DNA of 50,524 nucleotides, counting the filler, from Catajapyx aquilonaris (lineage: Eukaryota): the NCBI GenBank assembly GCA_000934665.2. It is 2 parts of 2 records of this genome, joined end to end, with 100 filler letters (N's around TTAATTAATTAA, not from the genome) between each part and the next. Parts side by side here need not be neighbours in the genome. Positions count along the whole stretch, not along the records: positions 1 to 31,676 come from JYFJ02007520.1; 1 more part is not named here. One strand, given 5' to 3'. This document shows positions 11,964 to 24,447 of this stretch, one piece after another; within the stretch, counting starts at the first letter, position 1; the number at the start of each line of letters is the position of its first letter. The notes under the pieces were generated by a model. It did not search any database, was not told the DNA's origin, and saw only the letters and a list, made by a program, of their open reading frames with translations. Both the position numbers and the translations under genes were made by a program.

Positions 11964-12618
11964 CTCAAGGGGGTACGCACTTATGTACTCCGGTGTACAC
12001 TTGCAGGATTAGATTGTTTTCATATTTAGGGAAGCCTGAGTGGCGTAGTCAGAAATATGGTCTTCCACGGAAGTAATGGTCCCGGATTCGATCCCAACCC
12101 CTGTCTCCCTTTCCATTTCGTCAGGCGATCACTTTGAGTATATCATATGCAACATGCGTCTCCGATGCATAGTTACCGTGCTTCAAACAGAAGGTATAAA
12201 ATATCCTGGCATGTATGCGTCCCTCCACGCGACCTTACCTTGTCGATTTAAAAAAGTGTTACCATGTAATTTAATAATTTCTATTTACGTTTCTTTTAGG
12301 TGTAGCAGGGAATGGCCTAAGGCCCTATAGACGATGGAAGTATCGTAAGCAGTATCCGAAACCTATAAGCTGTGATAATGCACTTTTTATTTAATGCTAA
12401 TTATCTCTGTAACTATGAGTCGGTGACCCATGTTGCATATACTCAAAGTGATCGGCTGGAACCCATCTATCATTTCCCAAAGCGACGCGATGGTAGGTTA
12501 AATTACCGAACCCTGGGTATATGCTTATAATGCACACTGATTAATGAAACTATCAGACTTGAATTTGGTACTCCGGATTAGGCCTACACTTTACAGTCGA
12601 GTGAGTACCCCCCTCGTG
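11964..12618. mobile_element. Non-autonomous TIR element with a nested SINE head
   Basis: Imperfect TIRs ctcaagggggtacgcact / agtgagtacccccctcgtg with ATCG duplicated on both sides; absent from the flanks of copies 1 and 2. A/B-box-like stretch at about 12030-12110. Confidence 0.55.
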
Positions 12619-12861
12619 ATCGTTTATACAAATAATGACTGGTATATGGGGAATGACCAGACCTTGCGCTGAATAAAAAACAAATTCTAGAAAATAGTAC
12701 AGGTCATTATTAATGCATCTGGCGGATCTTGAAGATTACTATTTTAATATTTAAAAATTGAGAAAACACTTACACCACCCACGTATATCTGCACATGCCA
12801 TGCTCTGAATTATTTTCCCATTTCACTACAATGTTCCAGCTGGCAACAGGAGTCTCGCACC

Positions 12862-14296
12862 ATGGTTGGCCTCCATACAACACTTCTGATTTTATTTACA
12901 GGTAAGTTACACCGCTTATAATATTGATATAATTATTGAAGGGCATTAATTCTGATTGCCTCAAATCAGTAAGTGCAGGGAATGTCAACGCCCAGGACAC
13001 CACTCTGCTTCTTACGTTGCTCCGAAATGTGTCAACATACTTCGTATCTAAGTTGCTTCCGTGTATTAATTGTCCATCGAAGGAAATTGACTGCGGTATG
13101 TGTACTGCCTCGAGATGACTGACAATAAGAGTTTAGTGTAAGTAACCTGTGATTATTGCAGGTGAACAAATAGGCTCATTCAGTGACAAAAATGGAACCT
13201 GCTACATACTAGGCCTTCCTGACTGCAACCACAGAGCAACTGAATTCTACACGCTGAATCCAAATGACACTCTGTACGCAATGAATACTCATTCCAATGG
13301 AGGAAATTTGACTGAGAATGAAGTTGGTTGCCTTGATGCATATGGTCATGTGGATTACTATCCTAACGGAGGTCAGCTGCAACCCACATGCGCTGATCTC
13401 CTCACATGTAAGTGTCTGACTTGCCACACACCCTGATACTCCTAGAGTTATAACACTCCTGACTTTGGTCAGTGAAACGCATGCTAAACGGGATGCTATT
13501 CAGGCTACATATACGTTGTTTACAGTGGAAGCCCAGGTGTGCAGCCACTATGCAGCACCACGGTACTTCAACGCGAGCTTCAATTCAATCTGTAACTTCA
13601 CATTCTTCCAAGTGCCCAAGGATACTCCTTTCGCGAACTATAACAAGTACTTTGCCAATGCTTCCAAGGGGATGTTGGGGGAACCATCGGCAAGCACCGG
13701 AGCCAAAGGAGTGCAATTCCTATTGACAAAGGGATTTCAACCCTATACTGTGGTATGTATCATACAATATATTACGTTGAGTTGTTCTGACTCTAACTTG
13801 TTGAAAATTGCAGGTACCCAGTTTCTGGTCAAGATGACTGTCGCTCCCTTGGTGGCTCAATTAGGGGCAACAATAAGATTCACCATTTCCTTGTCTAATG
13901 GAACGTGCAGTACGGGGAATATGAACTTCATCCCTATGTAAGCGTAATGCGAATTTCCATGAACAGAGCCACATTGCCAGACAATCACTCTTTACAGCCT
14001 CAATCTCACCAACACAACATCGTCTAAAGTGATCATTGGCGACTACTGCCCCATGAGTTTCGACACTGGTAAAAAAATTACAGCAACAATTACACTTCCA
14101 GTCATTTTCTCGTTGCGAATAACGTGCATGGAAGTCGTCAATGAATTTGGACAGAGGTATGGAAATGACTAATCTTGTTAATAAGACGAATCAGTAAATT
14201 TTAACTTACTTTTCCAGAAAGTACGGATTGTCATCTTCCAACATTCTAGCACTAGGCCTACCATTTACCATTACATTAAATGATACAGCTTGTTAA
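12862..14296 (+). pseudogene. Pancreatic-lipase-family gene copy 3, catalytic core deleted
   Basis: Exon 3 is fused to exon 5 at about 13250 (EFY|TLNPNDT), removing HG, GTSLG and LDP. There is also a 2-nt insertion at about 13745 (ccctatactgtg vs ccctactgtg). Confidence 0.75.
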
Positions 14297-14694
14297 TGAG
14301 AGGAATGGCCTCAATGTCATATCAGCTCTCATCTACTTGTATATTTCAGTTGTAAAAGCTTATTACACCTGTACGTATAATAAAAGTTAATAACATGTGA
14401 ATGGAACACCTATGGCCATTTCTGGAATAAACCTAAGGGTGGAATAAACCTCAAACCCTTTTCTATACTTCTTGAACATTCGTGAAACTCCTGAAGGTTC
14501 TTGGTACATAATCGTATGAGTTAAATAAATAAATAGGATCATTGATCTTGTGGAGAAAACAATACTAATATGGTTCTTCTCTGCGTAAAAAAGTGTGGCA
14601 TGTGGCGAGGAAGATCAGCACCAACAAATCGATGAAGGATCAATAAATGTCACCAAATGGTATATAAGAAGTTCAATAAAATATGATTCATAAT

Positions 14695-14800
14695 CATTTA
14701 TTCAACAACATTTTCATAACGAAAACAAATGTTAGCAATTCCAGTACCTATACAAACAGCAACTGAAAAGGAGCCTTCAAATGGTTCAGTTGGAATCATT
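14695..14800 (-). pseudogene. Short IR C-terminal remnant
   Basis: Minus strand reads FQLNHLKAPFQLLF followed by a frameshifted GTGIANICF, duplicating the terminal TM motif of the adjacent IR. Confidence 0.6.
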
Positions 14801-14811
14801 GGAGACAGTTT

Positions 14812-16686
14812 TCACCAATCGAATGCACAACCCCTCTCTCTAACCAATTCCGAATTCGCTGTACATATGGTAATATATTTATTATATATATTATTCAATA
14901 ATCTTGGAATAATATGACTAAAAGATTTATAGAACACTTCACATACGAAACAAATGATAGCCAATCCGGCACCGGCAAACATCAATTGAAAAGGAGCCTT
15001 CAACTGATTCAGTTGGAATCGTTGTGGTCCGTTTTCATCAAGGGGATGCATTGCCCCTGATTTGAACCCCTTCATTTGATGAACGTATGCTGATGTCTGA
15101 TAGATCATGCTGATCACACCAGAAAGCAGACCCATATCAACCAATATCAGAGATGCTCTGTTCAAAGATTCGTACAAGACCGAGAACTGCCTCATCACTA
15201 GGCCGACCATCACATATGGGAGGTCACTTTCCGAAATGTAAAGCAGGTCACGATGAAAATCAAAGTCAGCATCTAATGAGATTTGCCAGGGTCCCTCTTC
15301 TATCAAACACGCGTACTTTTGGGTAAGGGCGGTGGCTATGCATTTTTTAAAGGAAGAAGACGATAATTGTTTACCGCTATATATTTCTACATTAGATGCA
15401 ATGTTTCTATGAATCAAGCTAATACTAGTGTTGCGTATTGTATCGAAGTATGTCTGGGCAGAGGTGGATCCCCACCTGTATTTCATATCAGTCAGGTCCT
15501 GCAAAGTGTCCACATTCCTTGCATCAGTCATGATAAAGTTTCCGACCATGTCCATCGTGAAGTAGTTGGAAAGCAGCAGGCAGAAGTAAAGGTACACGAA
15601 CACTACTATTTTAACGGGAGGGGTCATCTCCTTCAGTCCCGGACCTTGTCCCAGGAGAGGAGGAAATGTGTCCAGGAGGAGTGTTTTCATCCACTGGGAC
15701 AATTTCACCCCGGTGTATCTTCTGTCAGAGGCCAACAATATAACAGTGGTGACCACCACAACAGAAATCAGCAAGAGAAGTGTGACTGTCCACTTAAATG
15801 GCATCAGATGCAATGACCAGGCAGTGTGAATCGCATTTCTCTTAGTGACGATTAGAATCTTCCTAATTTGGTATGGTTGGGTGTAAGCCAGGCCATGCTC
15901 CATTGGATAAAATCTTATCAACTCCTGGTGGCAAAATGCATAATCCTTTTGATTGTCTGGCTCTATGGTTTGGTAATTTAAATATTTCTGGAATATATTA
16001 TTAATGGGGGGAAAACAATTGCATATGTGAATTTTCCTACCATTGAAGTTGACAGTCGTCAAATCAGGAAACACTTCTGTGAGGGATGTCACATTTTTTG
16101 TGATGGTCACCGAATAGTTTCCATTGTCGCAAAAGTAACAAGGCGAGATCAGTCGAAAGCGAATTTTGCCATTGATACGTTCAAACAGGTCGATTCCAAC
16201 TCGGTTTATCATAGATTCCAATTCTGATTCCATGGCCTTTTTAGTCACCCTGTCTTTCATGTGATAGACGTTAAAATTTCGCACTCCCCGAGGATACTTC
16301 AGTGCCACTGCAAATAAGTTGTAATTCAACTCTCGATGTGTGTTTGAATGAGAGTAATGAGCAGTCACGAAGCACTGTCCCGCCCTCTGCATCACCAGTG
16401 GATTGTTGTTCCCTCCCCCAATCCGATGCATGCTGGAAGCAATGACAAGAGACGTGTTGACACTTGTTGTCAGTGGTGACAGTCCAGTTGGCAGCACTGG
16501 TTCGTCGTGAAGGATGGCGACGGAGCAGTTGGCCAGCCTGCCATCCGCCTCTTGAATCTTGGTCACTGTTTCGGCGAACAATCTTTCTTCCGAGTACTCA
16601 TCACGAGGCAGGATATTGACCTTTGTGTGGACAACACCAGTGATAATGATGAAGAAGCACGTGGCACTTGCGTATGAGGGCACCAT
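14812..16686 (-). CDS. Divergent ionotropic receptor (IR-3), intronless, 624 aa
   Basis: Full-length paralogue of IR-2 with the same signal peptide, S1, M1-P-M2, S2 and terminal TM motifs. Confidence 0.88.
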   Translation of the reverse strand: MVPSYASATCFFIIITGVVHTKVNILPRDEYSEERLFAETVTKIQEADGRLANCSVAILHDEPVLPTGLSPLTTSVNTSLVIASSMHRIGGGNNNPLVMQRAGQCFVTAHYSHSNTHRELNYNLFAVALKYPRGVRNFNVYHMKDRVTKKAMESELESMINRVGIDLFERINGKIRFRLISPCYFCDNGNYSVTITKNVTSLTEVFPDLTTVNFNGRKIHICNCFPPINNIFQKYLNYQTIEPDNQKDYAFCHQELIRFYPMEHGLAYTQPYQIRKILIVTKRNAIHTAWSLHLMPFKWTVTLLLLISVVVVTTVILLASDRRYTGVKLSQWMKTLLLDTFPPLLGQGPGLKEMTPPVKIVVFVYLYFCLLLSNYFTMDMVGNFIMTDARNVDTLQDLTDMKYRWGSTSAQTYFDTIRNTSISLIHRNIASNVEIYSGKQLSSSSFKKCIATALTQKYACLIEEGPWQISLDADFDFHRDLLYISESDLPYVMVGLVMRQFSVLYESLNRASLILVDMGLLSGVISMIYQTSAYVHQMKGFKSGAMHPLDENGPQRFQLNQLKAPFQLMFAGAGLAIICFVCEVFYKSFSHIIPRLLNNIYNKYITICTANSELVRERGCAFDW

Positions 16687-17435
16687 TCTGGCACTATGGT
16701 TGATTCTGAACTTTCTTCTGGAAACTCGCGTACGAAAATGGTAGAGAAATAAAACAACTACTGTGCATCACCTGACTTTCAATACATCGATAAACTTAAT
16801 TGGATAACGACTATTTTCACGCAGTTCCTTTCAAATACCAAGTACTTTTTGCCAACAGCTAAAAAGACGCTTTCAACTGTCGATAATCGATTATTATAGA
16901 CAAAATTGGGGAATGCAAAATCCGCAAGGATGTTTCAAACCATAAAATCTTTTATTATTTACTTATTTCAGAATGTTGACAAAAATTCATGTGAAGACAA
17001 TTTCTTTACTCAAAGCATAACTTAGATATCATCTGAACGTCGAGTTTGTATATTGTTGCCATGTTGCGTGATCACGGAATGGAGTGAGAATAATTCTCAC
17101 TCCATTCGATCGACCATCAATATTATTGATGGTGGATGTTAAAAATGGAGATTACATATCTGGCAACACCTGGCAACACTTTCAGCTGGTTGAGGAGGCC
17201 AAGGTATTGACTTCATACTGCATACATTAACATTAGACTTACCCGCCCATTATGTAAGTTTGCAAATGAATCCACATGAACTATATAATTATGACCCAAT
17301 TTTCCGACGACTCACCCTTAAAAATTCTGTTCATTTCTTGTCCCCCATTGTCAACCCGCACTATTACATTTTATAACACACAGTACGTACATGAAATAAA
17401 TGAAGCGATGCACTGTATTCGCCCATATACGCAGT

Positions 17436-17701
17436 ATATTTATTTATTTATTTATCATACCCCGTGCTAGAGCCATTGGCTTCCTTAGGGGGGTGGATTA
17501 CCACCATTGGATGGGACCAGGGATAGGGAAGGAAGGAAGCGGCTGTGGCCTATTTTTACGGAAACAACCCCGGAATTGTCCTGGGGGGGACCATGGAAAA
17601 CTACAGAAAACCATAGTCAGGGTCGCCGGCCCCGGGATTCGAACCCAGGACCTCCCGATTAGCAGGCCGGCTCCCTATCCCCTACAACAACCTGCTTCGG
17701 T
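17436..17701 (-). mobile_element. tRNA-derived SINE (Talua-like body)
   Basis: Minus-strand B box GGGTTCGAATCCC. Body ggaaggaagcggctgtggcct...ggaaaactacagaaaacc resembles arthropod Talua-type SINEs from memory. (AAAT)n tail at 17436-17455. Confidence 0.65.
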
Positions 17702-18314
17702 ATAATATACGCAATATAAGGAGTACCTACAGTAAACCCTTGAAGGAAGGCAGATTAAAACTTACACATGACTGAAGCATGATGTTGAAGCCAGATCACT
17801 CCACAAGTGGAGGTCACCATACTCTTGCACGTACTATAGTATGTTGCCAGATCACTGGAGAAATGGCATAAGTTGGAAATAAGGATAAAGTACTCACTCT
17901 GGCAACACCAGCTGATGCCTTCAGACTTCTCATGTAAATTATACTTAAACAATGTATGACTGCTGATCGTATTTAGCTGGATTATGTTAATTTCTCACGA
18001 TTTCTTAAGATATATTTAGGCACAAAAGAACACCTGTTCTTTGCCTTATTAGCATTTCCTTTCAATTTTTCATCTCCAACAGTCTCGCCTTTCCTATACA
18101 ACAGATATGAATATATTAATTTAAAAAATCATTTCTTGAAAAGAATATTAATCGCTTTGAAGGTGATATCAACCAACAAGTGTTTAGCAGATAATCATTC
18201 GACTTTCAAATTAGCTCTGCCTAGATGGGTATAAAAGTACCCTCATTTTCAATTATTTTACCATTATTAGATCCGACTTGTCTGATTTAACACCAAGACG
18301 ATCTGATTCCCAAG

Positions 18315-20175
18315 ATGGCGTCTGACCCTCTACTGATCACCCTAAGCTTGATGATGATCATGATCGCAACCACTGTGTTGGGAGGGGTAGAAAACGGTAA
18401 GAATGCCAAATTTTCTTTTATCCCGTTGACCATCTTGCTCATTAACTCGTGACATTTAGTCCTCATTGCGTATGTGACATATTTTTGCTAATTTCAGAAC
18501 CGGAAACAACAACCTGCGAGGATGACAACGGTACGATTTTATTACTAAAATAAATAATTTCATGTACATCATTTTTAATACCGGTATATTTTCAGACAAT
18601 TCACCGATACCAGATCTGGACGGATTAGGACCATTGGGCATCCTATTCGTCCTTTTCCTCAGTAAGTTCTCTATTTCTATAATCCAGTAAAATGACAAAA
18701 GTGAGATGTATAACTTATCTGGGAAAAGTCTTTAAGTCAATGCCAAGATTCAATCCATAGAAACCTATAAAATAATTTGCATAAACTGGCATGCAGGTTT
18801 TAACAGTCTAGCTCATCACTACTTGCCCTCTCCCTATATACTTGCTCTGATCTGAAAATATTGGGACACCCCCGAAAAATGGAGTGGTGGGGTTATACAC
18901 AGGATGTGATAAAAAGTTTCCATTAAGATTATCTGGACTTTAGAATGGATAATTATGAATAGTAACAATTGAGCTAGGAGGATACCAAATTTGAAGTTCA
19001 TTTGACAGTTAACAACTGAAATAAATACGATTATACCTTGGACAGTGAATTTCTGTGGGGTCTGGTAAAAATTGCTGCCACTATGTTAATTTCTTACTTA
19101 GCGGGATGTAAATGTTGATAATGAACCTGAGGGGCCGCACAAACCCAAAAACAGTTATGACATTAATTACAAAAAATCTAGCACAAAAATAAAAAATATT
19201 TATCATGGCTTGCAGATATGCCATTTTCTGTGCATTTTTGAATTAAGGAATGTTTAAAGCCATTTTACTTTAATTGCAATGAAATTTTTTATCATAGCAC
19301 ATTGGACTGAGTTCTAGATAAACAATACTATCACATTTTAATTTATTAATAAATAACACCGTTAAATGTGGTACAGCCAAGTGTATCAATTTCTGAAAAA
19401 ATCCACTTGCGATAAGTATTTTTTAATTTTGTGCTAGATTTTTTGTAATTAATGTCATAACTGTTTTTGGGTTTGTGCGGCCCCTCAGGTTCATTATCAA
19501 CATTTACATCCCGCTAAGTAAGAAATAAACAGAGTGGCAGCAATTTTTACCAGACCCCACAGAAATTCCCTGTCCAAGGTATAATCGTATTTATTTCAGT
19601 TGTTAACTGTCAAATGAACTTCAAATTTGGTATCCTCCTAGCTCAATTGTTACTATTCATAATTATCCATTCTAAAGTCCAGATAATCTTAATGGAAACT
19701 TTTTATCACATCCTGTGTATAACCCCACCACTCCATTTTTTGGGGGTGTCCCAATATTTTCAGATCAGGGCAAGTAGTTGCTTTCTAATAGACATATGAT
19801 AATGATGAGAGTTACATTTGTGAGGAGAATATTGAGGGTATCAGTTAATTAGCCTGAATGTCTGATTTTTGTGGCCCAACTTGTAGAATAACCGGACCCT
19901 CCCTTTAAGCTACTTGTAGTTGATGAAAGATATTAACATTGCCTTCTCCTCCTTCCTCTTCTCTGTTTATTTCAGTTCCCTTCAAAATTGCGTTTGCCAT
20001 TCTTTTGTGCTTGTGTGGTTATTTTTCTGGGAATTCTCTGAGTAATCTCGGAGGTCTCGGAGGTCTTGGAGGTCTAGCTAGTGTGGGCGATCTAGCTAAC
20101 GGTCTTGGAGGTGGCGGCGGTCTAGCTAACGGCGGTGTTGGAGGTGGCGGCGGCGGTGTTGGAGGAGGTATTTAG
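18315..20175 (+). CDS. Secreted micro-exon/Gly-rich protein, copy A (about 126 aa)
   Basis: TATAAAA at about 18230. Exons 18315-18396, 18498-18530, 18596-18661, 19976-20175, all introns phase 1. Protein: MASDPLLITLSLMMIMIATTVLGGVEN-EPETTTCEDDN-DNSPIPDLDGLGPLGILFVLFL-IPFKIAFAILLCLCGYFSG...(G-rich). Confidence 0.75.
18841..19774. mobile_element. Foldback/MITE, 934 bp, about 360-bp inverted arms
   Basis: 18841-19204 is the near-perfect reverse complement of 19411-19774; TA on both flanks; absent from the equivalent intron of copies B and C. Confidence 0.85.
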
Positions 20176-21679
20176 TAAAAGGCTCATGATACTGGTGATG
20201 TTGATCTTGGTGGGCTTACTAATCTCGATAATGGTATTCCGTAAGGTCTCGCCACATCCATCATCCAGCACCGGATTTTACATGTAACTGACCCTTCTAA
20301 ATGCACCCTTTCTTATAACTTCTGTATCAATAGATTCTAGATGCACCATATATTATATCAGAATATTAAAATGCACTTTGTTTGAACCCACTATTATTAT
20401 GCACTCCTATTATTTTATGTAGGCACAATAAAACATGAGCACTCGAAACCTTCTCTATTAATCAACCCTGACACTTGACGCCATAATGAAACCATCATGG
20501 AAAGCATTTCAACTCGTCCTGATTTTGGCTCAGTCTGTACCATCCACTGGCCAAAAGGCCTATCAGAACAGCGTGTGACTAAGTCTGTCTGAAATAATGT
20601 CTATTTGCAAATTATCAAGCTACCTTCTGTTAAACATAACTATTATTTGAAAATATGAGATTAATCTAAAGGCTTCACCTCAAAGAAACCATTATAAAGT
20701 TTTTGACAATAGGAGCATAATTATCACAATAGACCCTTGAAGGAAGGCAGACTGAAACTTACCTGTGATTATAGTGTGATATTGGAGCAGTTGGAAGAAA
20801 CTAGTGTATACTCTATTCGTGACAATGTTGCCAGATCACAGGAGAAGGGGGTAAGAATTGATGGTCGGTGTTAGAAATGATGATAATCACTCTGGCAACA
20901 CCAGATGGAAAGTTCATGCAGCATACATTAACATAATATTATGATAATTTTATTCCTCTGAAGTTTGCAGTACCGATATGTAAATCAACCTTCTTGAAGT
21001 GCAAAGTACTCGCAGTACAGAGCTATCCAGACACAAAGGAGATCTATTGTTCGCTTCTATTGTTAGCACTTTTCTTTCAACATCGCCGCGTGAATGTGAA
21101 CAGGTGCATATGTTTTAAAATAAACCAGTCTGGCTTAAAAATGGCATAAATTGATATTTAAAATTACTATTTTAATTGTGTGAAAATTTTAGTGTTATGT
21201 ACTAATCCCCACTAAATTCAAACCTAATTACATTAATTAAGCATAACATAATTATGTCGCGAATAAATAATTGAAGTCAAGCTGCATGGCTTCTGACCTT
21301 CTCTTTGAAACCTATTATGAATACAACTTATTGCAATAAATTATCATGAATTTCTAAGACATAGTCTCACACAATGAAACACTTATTCCCTGCCTCATTG
21401 TTATTTCTTTTCAGTATTTTCTGCAATAGACTTCACTTTCAATAAAACAGATGCGAATATAATAATGAAAGAAATCATTCATTTGAAAAAATACATAGTT
21501 CTGACATATGATCATTCTCAATTAACATGACTATTGTGTGTATCAGAATAATTCGACTTGCAAATTAGGACTCAGATTAGTATAAAAGTACCCATATTTT
21601 TAATTCCTTCACCATTAGTAGATCCGACTTGTCTATTCCAACACCAAGATCTATCTGATCCTATTCCTCTCAATCCAAG

Positions 21680-23585
21680 ATGGCCTCTTCACCACTGCTG
21701 ATCACCCTGAGCTTGATCATGATCATGATCTCAACCAGCAGTGTGATCGGAGGGATAATTGGTGGCAGTAAGTATTTCTATTTTATTATTTCTCATTACA
21801 TGAGATGTAGCATTGATATGGAATGTCTATTACAACGGGTAATACATGTATATTTTTCCTCATATCAGACACGACGACTTCAACAGCCAGTGGTATGAAC
21901 AGACAATACCACCTGCCCGACATATCATAATTATGTTGAGCGTTTGCACTAAGTACATCTTGCTCATTAACATACTCATGAGATGTAGTCCACCTTTCAC
22001 ACGTTGCTATTGATGTTGTTATACAAATAGTACGGAGTTCACGTGTAACATATTTTCCCCTCATTTCAGTACCGGAGACAACAACCTGCGACAACGAAAC
22101 CACTACTGAAGGTATGACTAAAATGAAAATTTTGTTCTATCACCTTCATCTGTAGGCCTATAGTAAACTTGTGCTCTTTTGTGAGATGATCACACTTGCG
22201 AAATAAAATATAATTTAAAAACTTGTGGGATTTATTAGTATCCTAGATCAGCTCTTTGTTATTCTTAATTTATTTTTTAAATAATATTATTAGGTTAATT
22301 CACTTATTGTGTAGAATTTGCATGAATATTTTTTCTCATTTCAGTACCGGAGACGACAACCTGCGACAACGAAACCACTACTGAAGGTATGTCTAAAATG
22401 AAAATTTTGTTTTGTGACCTTCATGTGCATAGTAAACTTGTGCTCTTTTGTGAGGTGGCCCCACTTGTGAAATGAAATCTCAAAACTCATGCGATTTATT
22501 AGTATCCTGGATCAGCTCTTCGTCATTCTTAATTTTTTTAAAGAATATTACTGTTAATTCATTGATTGTGTATAATTTACATGAATATTTTTCCTCATTT
22601 CAGAACCGGAGACAACAACCTGCGAGGACGAAGGTATGACTAAAATCAAAATTTTGTTCACATATCAGTTACAATAATGACTATAGTGCACTTATGCAAT
22701 TTTGCTGAGATGAATGTGTCACATATACCTGATGGTCTAAAAGAATATCAAAATATGTCAATTTACTAGTGTCCTAAATGAACTCTTTGTCATGCTTCAT
22801 TTCTTTTTTAAAATTATCATTAGGGTAATTAATATATTGTGTAAACACATATTATTGTCATTTCAGAGCCGGAAACAACAACCTGCAAGGATGACGGCAC
22901 TGGTGGTATGACTAAAATCAAAATTTTGTTAACATAATTATCAGCTTCATGAATAACACTTGAAAAACCTTGTTCCAATTGAAACCCAAAATAATTAGTG
23001 TCCGCTTTGTTATTCCGAATTTTAAAAAATCTTTAGTTTAATTTATTTCTGGCTACCATAAAATAATACATGTTCTGAAAAATGAAGTTTATATATTTTA
23101 AAAAATTATTTAAGATTGATCTTAATATATTTCCAGGCATACCAGGAGCTGGTGGCTTGATTGCTCTTCTGTTCAGTAAGTTCTCTTTCTCTCTAACAAA
23201 GCTAAATTATGTGTCCCATATAACTTATCTATGATGTCCTAACACAAAAATGGTAATGATGAATGTTACTTTTGTGACCAGGACAAACGGAACCTTGTAG
23301 TTATTTGATTATCTAATATTTTGTAGTCCAACTTGCTCTTTCATTTAAGCTACTTGACGAGCTATTTAACTACTAATTTTATTGTCTTACATCCTCTTTT
23401 CTCTCTTTTTTTCAGACCTTTTATACACCCTCTGTTGCGCCTTATCTGGCCTTTCTGGAGTGGCTAGTGGCTCGGGTTTACGTGCTCCAGGAGTAGGTAC
23501 CGGAAATGCCGAAGGTGCTGGAAGTGCATTCGGAAATATGGCAGGTGTTAATCAGAATATTAGAAATCCTTTGAATGGAATCTAG
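21680..23585 (+). CDS. Secreted micro-exon/Gly-rich protein, copy B (about 157 aa)
   Basis: TATAAAA at about 21581. Exons 21680-21767, 21869-21892 (24 nt), 22070-22111 (42), 22345-22386 (42), 22604-22633 (30), 22867-22905 (39), 23137-23175 (39), 23416-23585; all cag|...|gta, phase 1, open frame. Confidence 0.8.
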
Positions 23586-24447
23586 TGATGCAGAAGCTAT
23601 ATTAGCTTGCTGGTTACTTAGTTCGAGTCATATGCTGCCAGGTCGCATATAAATGTTGCACTTAGGTATCCGGCACCCTTGACCCATCAAAAAATTATGT
23701 ATATTTTCCCATACAAACTTATATCAGTAGAGGTGCCACTATATTTTCAGCATGATGAATGTACACTTTATTATGTCAGCACAATAAATATGATATATTT
23801 AAACCTTCTATATATTGTTCGCTTCTATTGCTATCACTTTTCTTCTTCAACATCGCCGCAATCTCCCTAATTATGAATATGAATATGTTTCAAAATACGC
23901 AATTCATAAGCATAAATTGATACTATTTAAAATAGCAATTTAATTGTGTGAAAATTTTAGTGCTATGTACCAACCACCACTAAATTCATACCTAATTACG
24001 TGAATTGGTCCTAATATAATAATTATGTCTTGTATAAATTAAGGTCAAGCATGCTTCTGACCTTCTCTTTTACTGAAATCTACATGAATGCAACTTATTA
24101 TAATAAATTCTTCTGAATTTCTAAGACATATATTATATTCACACGCAATGAAACACCTGTTCCCTGCCTCATTATCATTTCTTTTCAATATTTTTCTGCA
24201 ATAGTCTTCATTTTCAATAAAACAGATGTGAATATAATAATGAAAGAAATAGTTTTTTGAATAAAAAAATGTTCGTTCTGACATATGATCTCAACCAACA
24301 AGTGTTTAGCAGATGATAATTCGACTTGCAAATTAGGACTCAGATTGGTATAAAAGTACCCATATTTTCAATTCCTTCACCATTAGTAGATCCGACTTGT
24401 CTATTCCAACACCAAGATCTATCTGATCCTATTCCTCTCAATCCAAC

